A DNA stretch of 64,000 nucleotides, taken from assembly GCA_003135055.1 (NCBI GenBank), contig PLDF01000473.1, forward strand, positions 1,246-65,245. Direction: 5' to 3'. Under the pieces are notes generated by a model. The model was not told where the DNA came from and ran no database searches. It saw nothing but the letters and a program-made list of their open reading frames with translations. Of the stretch, positions 10,298 to 19,195 are shown piece by piece; position 1 is the stretch's first letter; each line of letters opens with the position of its first letter. The translations under genes were made by a program, and so were the position numbers. Origin of the DNA: Bryobacterales bacterium (GTDB lineage: Bacteria > Acidobacteriota > Terriglobia > Bryobacterales > Bryobacteraceae).

Positions 10298-10785
10298 GGG
10301 TGAGCAAGGCCCAGCCGGTCGGCGTAGACTGCCGGGTGTCGGTGGGCGCCGCCAATTCTCGAGACCGTAGCTGGCGCCCGCGACTCCCGGAGCGTCCATG
10401 TAATTCCAGTTGGAGACCGACACCAGCTCCGGCGCCACCCCTATGCCGACGCTGAAACTGAAATGCGCGATGGGCGTGCCGAAAGCGCCGTAAGGAATCA
10501 CGCCCGGCGCATCGTTGCGAGGCGCGTTGGCATTCACTGAATTGCTGAAAGATCCGTGCGCAAAAATGCTGGTGAGGTTCAGGTCAAGGGTAGGGCCGCC
10601 GACCATGCCAAGCCGGCGGGATTCGCGGCCAGCGAGTCGATCACCCCTCCCTGGGATGGAAGGTACACTCCTCCGAGGGCCATGGAACGGGCGCTGGCGG
10701 TGTTCCAATAGAAACCCTGAGCATGAACGACGGTGGCCATGCCGACGGCTACAAGACGCCTAACGAACAGGAATGACGGCTTCAT
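10289..10785 (-). pseudogene. FadL/TodX/OmpP1-like outer membrane transport protein, frameshifted and internally shortened
   Basis: There is a signal peptide plus GFYWNTASARSMALGGVYLPS...ANPAGLA (OMPP1/FadL N-terminus) in ORF 10579..10824. It continues in another frame (10289..10708). The total is ~165 aa, whereas the family is typically much longer. A strong RBS (GGAGGA) precedes ATG 10785. Confidence 0.5.
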
Positions 10786-12250
10786 TTTGCTCCTCCGATA
10801 AGATTTGGACGCTATTTGCGCCAACGCCGGCGGATAGCCGCAACAGGTCGTGGGTGCTCGACCGTGCGCCGGCCTGGTGCATCATCAGCGCGTCCAGGCA
10901 TTGGGCGTCGATCGCCTGGGGCGCGTCCTTCTTCATGATTTCAAAAACTTTCTCGATCGGCAGCGCGTCGCGATACGGGCGTTTGGCTGCGAGGGCGTCG
11001 AAAATATCGGCAACCGTGAGGATGCGCGTTTCCAGGGAGATTTGATCCGCTGTCCATTGGCGGAAATAGCCGGAGCCATTCAGCTTCTCGTGGTGCGCGC
11101 CGGCGGTGACGCTCAGTTCCTCGAAACCTGGAATACGGCGGAGGACTTCGTACGAGTAGTAGGGATGTAGTTTGATCACGGCCCACTCGTCGTCGGTAAG
11201 CGCACCGGGTTTTTCCAAAATACTATTGGAAACAGCCAGCTTTCCGACATCGTGCAACAGGGCCGCCCGTCGCATGAACGTGATGTCTTCCTCGGGCAGG
11301 CCCAGTTGCCGTGAGATCCCGATCGCGGCGTCGGCCACACCGTTCGAATGCCGGTAGGTAAACGGGGTCTTGGCGTCGACGATCTCGGCAAAAGCCTGGC
11401 AGATATTCTCGATCGTCTCTTCGTTTGCCAGCAAGCGGCACTCTTCAGGCTCCAGCGCGAGGGCGTGATCGATCGTCTGCTGGTGGTCCAAACCGTCCCA
11501 TAACAGACCCCGCTTAGCCAGGGACGACGCGGCACGGACCAGTTCCGGATCGAACCAGAGCCCACTGCGCTTGCGCGCGACCTCAAGCGCCGCTTCCTTG
11601 CCGCGATTGACCAGGAAAACCTCGAGGGTCTGCGACAGGTTCATGATGCGGGCAAACAGAGGGATTTCTTCGCGGCGAAGTCCAACGGGGTACCCGCCGC
11701 CGTTCCAATGTTCGTCCAGGCCGTGAATGGCCTGCGCCACCGGCTCCGGAAATCCGATTTTGCGCGCGATCGAAGCGCCTCTTTCACACCGGATCTTCAC
11801 CAGCGCACTCGATTCGGTTTGTTGCTTAGCGGCGACGCGCACGAAAGTCCGTACGCGTTCCAGGAAGGGCGCTCCCGTGGCCACGTGGGTTAGAGCGAAG
11901 TGCAGGCTCTCCCAGCCGACGCGGGTCCAGTCTGTCAGCTTGACGTCTCGCTTAGCCCGGATCTCGTCGGCGCTCAGAAGATGGAACAGTTTGGACGAAT
12001 TGCTGCTGCATCCGGCGTCCTTGAGCAGCAGGGCGTAGTAAAGGTCGCTCTGTTCGGCAACGCTCAGACCGATCTCGGCAGCCATTCGCATGCCGATCAT
12101 GCAAGACCGCACCGAATGTCCCATGGGCCTGCCCTCCGTCAGGTCGAGCGCGTAGGAAAGCGCGGAAATGATTTGGGAGACTCGAATGGCAGGCCGGCGA
12201 ACGGCGTCTTTTCGCCGTAGGGCCGCCGGATTGGCAGTTTGCAAGCGCAT
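10760..12250 (-). CDS. tandem HD-GYP domain protein (c-di-GMP phosphodiesterase-like)
   Basis: The C-terminal domain carries HHEKLNGSGYF...ADIFDALAAKRPYR (HD-GYP). The N-terminal domain is a degenerate copy (LLKDAGCS, HWNGGGYPVGL). The ORF extends to 12421; ATG 12250 was chosen. Confidence 0.85.
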   Translation of the reverse strand: MRLQTANPAALRRKDAVRRPAIRVSQIISALSYALDLTEGRPMGHSVRSCMIGMRMAAEIGLSVAEQSDLYYALLLKDAGCSSNSSKLFHLLSADEIRAKRDVKLTDWTRVGWESLHFALTHVATGAPFLERVRTFVRVAAKQQTESSALVKIRCERGASIARKIGFPEPVAQAIHGLDEHWNGGGYPVGLRREEIPLFARIMNLSQTLEVFLVNRGKEAALEVARKRSGLWFDPELVRAASSLAKRGLLWDGLDHQQTIDHALALEPEECRLLANEETIENICQAFAEIVDAKTPFTYRHSNGVADAAIGISRQLGLPEEDITFMRRAALLHDVGKLAVSNSILEKPGALTDDEWAVIKLHPYYSYEVLRRIPGFEELSVTAGAHHEKLNGSGYFRQWTADQISLETRILTVADIFDALAAKRPYRDALPIEKVFEIMKKDAPQAIDAQCLDALMMHQAGARSSTHDLLRLSAGVGANSVQILSEEQNEAVIPVR

Positions 12251-12471
12251 CTTTTTTACGTATCGGCAATCCGAGTCAACACTTGAGAGTTTTTCCGTAT
12301 GACTCGCGAGAGCGGATGCGCGCCGCGGAGCTGCCGAAGGTAAGGGCGCGCCAGTGACGATTACGGCTGCGCATGAGGCGAAGGCCGATCCGCCAATTCC
12401 CGGATGACCCATGGCCAACAAGGCAATAGCGGGATCGGATGTAAAATCCTACAAAGGAGCCGCCGGATTAA

Positions 12472-12987
12472 GTGACGCGGCGCGGATCGAAACTGTCGGT
12501 GTTTGCGGCTGGAATCGCCACGGCTGTCAGTATTGGAGCGGCCGCGGCTTTTAGCCAGCCGCAGGCTGCGAAGCCTCTGGCCTTTGAGGTTGCATCGGTC
12601 AAGATGCCGGCGCCAGAAAACAATCGTCCGCAGGGGTTTCGGCTGCCGTCGGCCGTTATTCGCGGCATATCCGGAAATAGGTTGACTGAGTTCCACATCA
12701 CTCTGACAGAGATCGTCATGTAAGCATATGACGTCAAGGACTATCAGATCGCCGGCATGCCCGGTTGGGGCGAATGGCGCGGCGATCGGTTTGACGTCGT
12801 CGCCAAGGCGGAGGGCAACGGGACTCCGCCGGCCAGCCAGATACGCCTGATGTTGCAGACACTTCTGGCGGAGCGGTTCCATTTGAAGCTGCATCGCGCC
12901 GTAAAGGAACTGACGGTCTATGAACTCGCGATCGACAGGAACGGGCCGAAGCGGCTGCCGAGAAATGGAGAAGGCCGCTCCCAATGA
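12472..12987 (+). pseudogene. TIGR03435-family secreted protein with in-frame TAA and C-terminal truncation
   Basis: ORFs 12472..12723 and 12757..12987 are in the same frame, split by TAA at 12721. The read-through sequence IVM*AYDVKDYQIAGMPGW...RFDVVAKAEG...LAERFHLKLHR aligns with the intact paralog at 63524. It ends ~100 aa short. Confidence 0.7.
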
Positions 12988-13068
12988 ACCCAATGACATC
13001 GTGTCACGACATTGTCTGGCGTCTATGCTATCCTGGTTTCGTAAAGTGACCGCAAAGGATCGCCGCCT

Positions 13069-13356
13069 ATGCCGAACACCGAAACGCGTAGCGAGAAACT
13101 CGACCTTCGGCTGACGCCGTCGGCGAAACGCACGCTCCAAGCCGCCGCGCGCGCCGCGCGCCGCTCCGTCAGCGAATTCGTTCTGGAGAGCGCCCTCGCT
13201 CGCGCCGAGGAAACCCTGCCGGATCGCCAGCGCTTCGGGTTAAGCGCCGAACAATGGGAGGCATTCCAGGCGGCGCTTTCGGCTCGGCCCCGCGCGGCGC
13301 CGCGGCTGGCCAGGCTTCTCAAGAAGCCGAGCGTGTTCGAGAGCGGCAGCGTCTAA
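13069..13356 (+). CDS. DUF1778 (TacA-like) antitoxin
   Basis: 95 aa. KLDLRLTPSAKRTLQAAARAARRSVSEFVLESAL is the DUF1778 RHH signature. It lies directly upstream of a GNAT gene. Confidence 0.85.
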   Translation: MPNTETRSEKLDLRLTPSAKRTLQAAARAARRSVSEFVLESALARAEETLPDRQRFGLSAEQWEAFQAALSARPRAAPRLARLLKKPSVFESGSV

Positions 13357-13857
13357 GTGGCCACGCTCCGGATCGAAAAGCTGCAACGCGGCCACGGCGT
13401 CGATACGTTCGACCGCGGCCAGGAGGCTCTCAACCGCTTCCCGATACGATTCGCGTTTCAGAGCCAGCAGGCCGGCGCCTCACAAACCTACATCGCCCTG
13501 GCGGATGAAGAGGTCGCCGGCTACTACACGCTTGTCGCCGGCCAAGTCGAGTATAGCGACGCGCCCGAGCGCCCGACCAAAGGCCTTGCCCGCCATCCCG
13601 TGCCGATCATGCTTCTGGCTCGCCTCGCAATTGCGAAGTCATGGCAAGGCAAAGGCTTGGGCAGCGGCCTCCTCAAAGACGCCATGCTTCGCACGTTGCA
13701 GGCCGCGGACATCGCCGGCATTCGGGCGTTTGGGGTCCACGCAAAGGACGACGCGGCCAGATCTTTCTACGAACGCTTCGACTTTGCCGCGTCGCCGAGC
13801 GACCCGTACCATCTATTCCGGTTGCTAAAGGACATCCGGGCCGCTTTGAAATCGTAA
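13357..13857 (+). CDS. GNAT-family acetyltransferase toxin (TacT-like)
   Basis: 166 aa with a GTG start one base after the antitoxin stop. LARLAIAKSWQGKGLGSGLL is the acetyl-CoA binding motif, and the N-terminus (FDRGQEALNRF) is typical of TacT-type toxins. Confidence 0.85.
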   Translation: MATLRIEKLQRGHGVDTFDRGQEALNRFPIRFAFQSQQAGASQTYIALADEEVAGYYTLVAGQVEYSDAPERPTKGLARHPVPIMLLARLAIAKSWQGKGLGSGLLKDAMLRTLQAADIAGIRAFGVHAKDDAARSFYERFDFAASPSDPYHLFRLLKDIRAALKS

Positions 13858-14002
13858 CCGCCCCGTTGGTTGAGGTCGCCCGGCATTCACAGGACACCTT
13901 GCGGGATTTGCCGGGAACGCGAATGAAAACGCAGAGTACGGAATCGAAGGCGATGCCATTCATTAGCACATTTGTGCTACGTAAGCGGAGAGAGACGAAC
14001 GC

Positions 14003-14377
14003 ATGGCAATTCCGAAAGGGGAACAAAGAGAGGCGCCGGCCAGCTACCGCGGCAAGCAGGCCAAAACCGGCAACTCGCTGGGACTGCGCTTCGATAAAGC
14101 GCTCTTCAAGAGTCATCCGGAGTTCTCCGGCGAGGTGCGCGCTCATGTAATCGCGCCGGGACGCATGCTCGTGGTGGCCGAGCCGGCGACGAAATCGCGG
14201 CGGCACAGGGCCGATCCGGTAATGGAGGCGTTTCTGAGTTTCCTGGCGGACGACATGGCCCGGTCCCCAAAGCAAATTAAACCGCTGGATCGGGGATTGG
14301 TCAAGCGCATCAAAGCGCTGGTAGGCCATCTGCCCGTGAATCCGGATGAAGACCTGGGTGATCAGCCAATCCTATAA
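14003..14377 (+). CDS. prlF: PrlF/SohA-family antitoxin (AbrB/SpoVT fold)
   Basis: 124 aa. The C-terminal DPVMEAFLSFLADDMARSPKQIKPLD...VNPDEDL matches PrlF. Its stop overlaps the YhaV-like start (ATAATG). Confidence 0.8.
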   Translation: MAIPKGEQREAPASYRGKQAKTGNSLGLRFDKALFKSHPEFSGEVRAHVIAPGRMLVVAEPATKSRRHRADPVMEAFLSFLADDMARSPKQIKPLDRGLVKRIKALVGHLPVNPDEDLGDQPIL

Positions 14378-14826
14378 TGGAATCCCGAGGCTGGCGCCTT
14401 TTCGTTCACCCGCTGTTCCCCGCGCAACTGGAGAAGTTGGCGAGACAAGTCGAAAAACTGGCTTCCCGCGACCCGGAGGGATACGCGTCGCACCCCGCGG
14501 CGAAGACGCTGGCGGCCATCGTTTATTACATCGAAGAAGCCATCCCCCGCGATCCGAATAGCCCCGAGTTTCGTCAGGGGAACACACTGGGACCCGGCAA
14601 TCGCCATTGGTTCCGGGCGAAGTTTCACGGCCGGTATCGACTGTTCTATCGCTTCTCGAACGAGCAGAAGGCGATCGTCTATGCGTGGGCTAACGACGAG
14701 AAAAGCTTGCGCAAAGCCGGCTCGAAGACTGACCCTTATACCGTGTTTCAGGCCATGCTGGATAGCGGCGACGCGCCCAATTCTTTTGCCGATCTCTTAC
14801 GAAGATCGAAGGGGATGGAACGTTGA
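14377..14826 (+). CDS. yhaV: YhaV-family toxin (ribonuclease)
   Basis: 149 aa. GWRLFVHPLF..QLEKL, FRQGNTLG..NRHWFRAKF..RYRLFYRF....KAIVYAWANDE is the YhaV pattern. Confidence 0.85.
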   Translation: MESRGWRLFVHPLFPAQLEKLARQVEKLASRDPEGYASHPAAKTLAAIVYYIEEAIPRDPNSPEFRQGNTLGPGNRHWFRAKFHGRYRLFYRFSNEQKAIVYAWANDEKSLRKAGSKTDPYTVFQAMLDSGDAPNSFADLLRRSKGMER

Positions 14827-14878
14827 CATGAGCAAATAGAATACTATCGTAGCCAAACGGCAGAATGATGGGAGCGTT

Positions 14879-15400
14879 GTGCATGCGCTGCTTGACGGCT
14901 CCACGAAGCCGCTTGAACACAAGACTTGCTGGGCGCGGCTCCGGTCGATGACCGATGAGGAAGCTGAGGCGGCGGCTCTTAGCGATCCGGATGCGCGACC
15001 GATGACGCCCGATCAGCTCCGTTCGGCGCGGCGTGTGCCACGCATCAAAACCATGCGCCGGGCGCTTGCGCTCACGCAAGAGGAATTTGCCGCGCGGTAT
15101 CACATTCCAATCGGCACGCTGCGGGATTGGGAACAAGGCCGCTGTGAGCCCGACCAGCCGGCACGCGCCTATCTGACGGCGATTGCCCGCGATCCCGACG
15201 GTTTGAGACTCGCCTTAAAACGGAAGAAAGTTTTAGTTAATGGGGGGCGGCTGATTCGGAAGGCGGTGAGTTCTACACCCGCCGGCGCGGCGCCGCTGCA
15301 CTCTGCCAACACGCTCTCGAGACGCGGAATCCCGTGCGTAGATCTGGCATCAACCGACTGGAGCGCCAAGACATCGATTCATGACGAGGATTCCCTGTAG
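14879..15400 (+). CDS. XRE-type HTH antitoxin-like protein (orphan) with unusual C-terminal extension
   Basis: SDPDARPMTPDQL... then LALTQEEFAARYHIPIGTLRDWEQGRCEPDQPARAYLTAIARDP. No adjacent toxin ORF. About 60 extra C-terminal residues of low plausibility. Confidence 0.65.
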   Translation: MHALLDGSTKPLEHKTCWARLRSMTDEEAEAAALSDPDARPMTPDQLRSARRVPRIKTMRRALALTQEEFAARYHIPIGTLRDWEQGRCEPDQPARAYLTAIARDPDGLRLALKRKKVLVNGGRLIRKAVSSTPAGAAPLHSANTLSRRGIPCVDLASTDWSAKTSIHDEDSL

Positions 15401-15447
15401 CGGACGAGGGCCGGCCGGTTTAAGCAGTGACTTATGCGGACGCGTGG

Positions 15448-15981
15448 CTATTCGAAGACCGCCTTTACAGACAAGCTGGCGCCCCCGAAAGCCGCTAGAG
15501 AAATCTTGGCATCAACGCCATAGGTCTCACGCGAGCCGTCGCGCTGGACCACCGTGATCGATTTCAGGGCGCGATCCACAATCCAGAATTCGATCGCGCC
15601 ATTGGCCAGACAAAGCGACGCCAGCTCTTGCAGTCTCCGTGGTGAATTGGATGGCGATTTAACCTCGAATACCAAGTCTGGAGCGCCGTGGAGATTGTCC
15701 TCGGGATCGGCGGCGGCCGCACGCGCGGCCGAGACTGCCGCAACATCCGCCGCCCGCAGATCAAATTCCGCCAAGGGCCGGAACGCGTTTTCCACGCCGA
15801 TCTCGAAGCTTGGTAATGCGGCTTCGAGCAGGCGCGCCAGCCGCCGCTGTAAGCGTTCATGAGCCAGCCTCGGCCGGGTCATTCGAACCATCTCGCCGTG
15901 ATGCAATTCACAGGCGAATTCGCCGTCTTCCGGCAGTTGCCGGAAGTGTTCCACCGTGATCAGGTCGGGAAGCGCTGCCAT
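15448..15981 (-). CDS. Uma2 family (DUF820) restriction-endonuclease-like protein
   Basis: 177 aa. ELHHGEMVRM, APDLVFEVKSPSNS and GAIEFWIVD are Uma2 hallmarks. Confidence 0.85.
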   Translation of the reverse strand: MAALPDLITVEHFRQLPEDGEFACELHHGEMVRMTRPRLAHERLQRRLARLLEAALPSFEIGVENAFRPLAEFDLRAADVAAVSAARAAAADPEDNLHGAPDLVFEVKSPSNSPRRLQELASLCLANGAIEFWIVDRALKSITVVQRDGSRETYGVDAKISLAAFGGASLSVKAVFE

Positions 15982-16065
15982 TGGCCACCTCTCTTGGTTT
16001 CATTGTAGCCCGGCTTTGCAGGCGCCGCCCGTGTTACTATTCCGTTTTACTCAGGGAGCCAACCC

Positions 16066-18162
16066 GTGAAAGTCTACGACAGCAAGGACATCCGGAACGT
16101 CGGCGTGGTGGGTCACGGCGATTCCGGCAAGACGTCGCTCACCGCCGGGTTGCTCTTCACCGCCGGAAGTACCAACCGCCTCCTCCGCGTCGATGAAGGC
16201 AACACGATTACCGATTTTGACGAGGAGGAAATCTCGCGCAAAATCACAATTTCCACCGCCATTGCCTCGGCCGAGTGGAAGAAGACCAAGATCAACATCC
16301 TCGATACCCCCGGATACAACATCTTCATTAACGACACGCGCGCGGCGCTGGTGGCGGCCGAAGCGGCGCTGGTGCTGGTGGATGCCGTGGCCGGCGTCGA
16401 AGTCCAGACCGAGAAAGTCTGGGCGTTCGCCGGCGAGTTCAAGCTTCCGCGCGCCATCGTGATCAATAAGCTGGACCGCGAGCGCTCCGATTTTCAACGC
16501 GCGCTCGATAGCGTCCAGGAGGTTTTCGGCCGGGCGGCGGTGCCGATTCAGATCCCGATCGGCGCCGAGCGCGAATTCAGCGGCGTGGTGGATCTGATCG
16601 CCATGAAAGCATATACCTTCTCACCCGGCGGCGACGGCAAGGGCATGGAGGGCGAAATTCCCGCCAATCTGGCGGACGCCGCCAAGGCCGCGCATGAGGC
16701 GCTGGTGGAGATGGTGGCGGAGATTGACGACGCGCTTCTCGAAGAGTTCTTTGCCGAGGGCACGCTGCCGGTGGAGCACATTAAGGACGGCCTGCGGAAG
16801 GCTATCCGCGACTTGCGGATCTATCCGGTTCTGTGCGCTTCGGCGCAGCACAACGCCGGAACCGGCTTGATCGCCGATTTCATCGCCGACTACTTCCCGT
16901 CGCCCCTCGATCGCGAGCCGGTCACGGCGATCGTCGACGGCGCCGAATCCACGCGCAAGATCTCCGATAGCGGCCCCTGCTCTTTGTTCGTCTTCAAGAC
17001 GACGGCAGATCCCTTCGCCGGCCGCATCACCTATTTCAAAGTGATGACGGGCGTGGTGAAGAACGACGCCAACCTTTCGAACGAAACGCGCAACTCCGCC
17101 GAACGCCTGGCGCACCTTGCCAGCCCGCATGGCAAGACGCTGCAACCGGTTACGGAGCTGCGCGCCGGAGACCTGGGCGCGGTTGCCAAGCTCAAGGACA
17201 CGTTGACCGGCGACACGCTGGCCGATAAGGGCTTCCGCATTGCCTATCCGCCGGTAAGATTGGCGGAGCCGTCGATCGCCTTCGCCATCGAGGCCAAGTC
17301 GCGCAACGACGAAGACCGCATGGGCCAGGCCGTGCATCGAATCCTCGAAGAAGACCAGACGCTGCGCTTCTATCGCGACGCGCAAACGCGCGAATTCCTG
17401 CTGGCCGGTTGCGGCCAACAGCACGTGGAGATCGTGGTCGCCAAGTTGAAAAGGCGATATGGCGTGGATGTAAAGCTGCACCCGCCCAAGATCCCCTACC
17501 GCGAAACCATTCGCGGCCTGGCCGATGTGCAGGGGCGCCACAAAAAGCAGACCGGGGGTCACGGCCAGTTCGGCGACTGCTGGATCAAGATGGAGCCGCT
17601 GCCCCGCGGCGCGAAATTCCAGTTTGCCAACGCAATTTTCGGCGGATCCATTCCCAAGAACTTCATCCCGGCGGTGGAAAAGGGAATCGTGGAAGCCGCG
17701 GAGAAAGGCTTTTTGGCAGGCTTTCCGATGGTGGATTTCAAGGTGACCGTCTACGACGGCTCCTATCACGACGTGGATTCTTCGGAGCTGGCGTTCAAGC
17801 TGGCCGCGCGCAAGGCTTTCAAGGCGGCCATGCTGGCGGCGAAGCCGACGCTGCTTGAGCCGGTGATGAACGTTGAAATCCAGGCGCCGGTGGAATATGC
17901 GGGCGACCTGATGGGCGATCTGAACGGCCGCCGCGGACGTATTGCCGGCATGGATACCAAGGGCGCCACGCAGTTCATCCGCGCCCAGGCGCCCATGGCC
18001 GAGATGCTGAACTACCAGAACGACCTGACCGCCATGACGCAGGGCCGCGCTTCATTCCACATGGAGTTCGATCATTACGATTACGTGCCCCAGTTGCAGG
18101 CCGAGAAGATTATCGCCGCGGCAAAGGCGGCCAAGACGGGTGAAGAAGAGGAGGAAGAATAG
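16066..18162 (+). CDS. elongation factor G paralog (EF-G2-like GTPase)
   Basis: 698 aa with a GTG start. Full EF-G domain order, but the G1 motif is GHGDSGKT (not AHIDAGKT), followed by DTPGY and NKLD. Acidic tail GEEEEEE. Not in an rpsL-rpsG-fusA context. Confidence 0.9.
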   Translation: MKVYDSKDIRNVGVVGHGDSGKTSLTAGLLFTAGSTNRLLRVDEGNTITDFDEEEISRKITISTAIASAEWKKTKINILDTPGYNIFINDTRAALVAAEAALVLVDAVAGVEVQTEKVWAFAGEFKLPRAIVINKLDRERSDFQRALDSVQEVFGRAAVPIQIPIGAEREFSGVVDLIAMKAYTFSPGGDGKGMEGEIPANLADAAKAAHEALVEMVAEIDDALLEEFFAEGTLPVEHIKDGLRKAIRDLRIYPVLCASAQHNAGTGLIADFIADYFPSPLDREPVTAIVDGAESTRKISDSGPCSLFVFKTTADPFAGRITYFKVMTGVVKNDANLSNETRNSAERLAHLASPHGKTLQPVTELRAGDLGAVAKLKDTLTGDTLADKGFRIAYPPVRLAEPSIAFAIEAKSRNDEDRMGQAVHRILEEDQTLRFYRDAQTREFLLAGCGQQHVEIVVAKLKRRYGVDVKLHPPKIPYRETIRGLADVQGRHKKQTGGHGQFGDCWIKMEPLPRGAKFQFANAIFGGSIPKNFIPAVEKGIVEAAEKGFLAGFPMVDFKVTVYDGSYHDVDSSELAFKLAARKAFKAAMLAAKPTLLEPVMNVEIQAPVEYAGDLMGDLNGRRGRIAGMDTKGATQFIRAQAPMAEMLNYQNDLTAMTQGRASFHMEFDHYDYVPQLQAEKIIAAAKAAKTGEEEEEE

Positions 18163-18314
18163 ATTGCTATAGCCTCGCGGCACAGGCTCCGTTGGTTACG
18201 GATTCCGCTTGCTAATTGGACTGCGGAGGCGTCGCAGGTGTGGCAACATTCGAGGGCGTCATTTCATTGGATAGCTGAACGACGCTCTGCCGTCATCCGC
18301 CGACGGTCGATCCT

Positions 18315-18752
18315 TTACCCGGAGCGAACCAGCAGTACCGCCTTCGGCATTGTCAGTCCGAGCGCCTGGACCACCTTCAGAATTCGGGCGAAGCTGGCGC
18401 TCCGGTAATCGGTCGCTTCGTAGCGCTGTACCTGTTGCGGCTTGACGCCCATGCGGCGCGCGAGACCTTCCTGCGTCATTCCGGCCGCGATGCGGGCGCG
18501 GATCAGGGCCTTCGGCAAGTCCTCGACGGCGTCAAGAACCACTTCCTTGCTATGGCCCACGTGGAGCTGTTCGTAGGCTTCAACCTGCTCCTGTAAATCT
18601 CCCATCTGGCTCTGGGCTGCTTGACGTTGGGCTTCCCATAGGCGCGGGCTGATATTCGAGGGACGCGCCTGACCGGCCAACCCGGCGAGAGCGTCCTGAA
18701 ACCGCCGGACTTGCGCCTTGGTGATCCGGTACTGTTTTTCGTTCTTGATCAC
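18315..18752 (-). CDS. XRE-family HTH protein, putative antitoxin
   Basis: 145 aa. The C-terminal HTH is MTQEGLARRMGVKPQQVQRYE. The N-terminal coiled region resembles long HigA-like antitoxins. Its GTG start overlaps the upstream gene's stop (GTGA). Confidence 0.8.
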   Translation of the reverse strand: MIKNEKQYRITKAQVRRFQDALAGLAGQARPSNISPRLWEAQRQAAQSQMGDLQEQVEAYEQLHVGHSKEVVLDAVEDLPKALIRARIAAGMTQEGLARRMGVKPQQVQRYEATDYRSASFARILKVVQALGLTMPKAVLLVRSG

Positions 18753-19195
18753 TTTCGCCCACCTCTTCCCAGCCGGACTGCCACAATCCCTTTCGGCTCG
18801 CCACTCAACTTATTCACCTGGAAGAAGTCCATAAACGCCCTGCCGGTCGCGCCCTCCGGTAGTTGCGCCGGCAAGAACTCTCCCAGGAACCGTCGCTTCT
18901 GCGCCGCACGGCCTCGCGAAAAATCCCAGAAGACCGGGTCGAGCTTCCGGTCGTCCACATTCTGCACGTCCCAACAGGCATCGAAATCCCCGGGATGCTC
19001 CTTCCGTGTCACGAAACTGCCATCCAGGTAAACCAATCGGCAGCCGGCTGTCCGCAACTCCTCGCAAGCCCGCTGGAATCCCGCCAAGAGCCGCTGCCGC
19101 CTCGGATTGAAGCTCAAGCGATCCTCGATCTCCCGCCAAGTCGCGAAATGAACACCGGGCGGAAGGTCGCCACTGGTAAACCATGCTGGAATCAT
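18749..19195 (-). CDS. minimal nucleotidyltransferase-like protein (DUF6932-type), putative toxin/effector
   Basis: MIPAWFTSGDLPPGVHFATWREI...RRQRLLAGF..ACEELRTAGC.LVYLDGSFVT.KEHPGDFDACWD matches my recollection of the DUF6932 pol-beta-fold family. The ORF extends to a TTG at 19213. Confidence 0.6.
   Translation of the reverse strand: MIPAWFTSGDLPPGVHFATWREIEDRLSFNPRRQRLLAGFQRACEELRTAGCRLVYLDGSFVTRKEHPGDFDACWDVQNVDDRKLDPVFWDFSRGRAAQKRRFLGEFLPAQLPEGATGRAFMDFFQVNKLSGEPKGIVAVRLGRGGRK

Noticed and set aside
12361-13140. 259-aa minus-strand ORF
   Set aside because: It lies opposite the TIGR03435 pseudogene and the antitoxin gene start. It is Arg-rich and has no family resemblance.
16621-17769. 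382-aa minus-strand ORF. Similar cases at 24583..25830(+), 47119..48141(-), 48163..49164(-), 36991..37848(-), 57973..59079(-) and 49605..50462(-)
   Set aside because: All are shadow ORFs opposite strongly supported genes (EF-G paralog, pectinase, BNR protein, permeases, ribD/ribE). None has recognisable domains.
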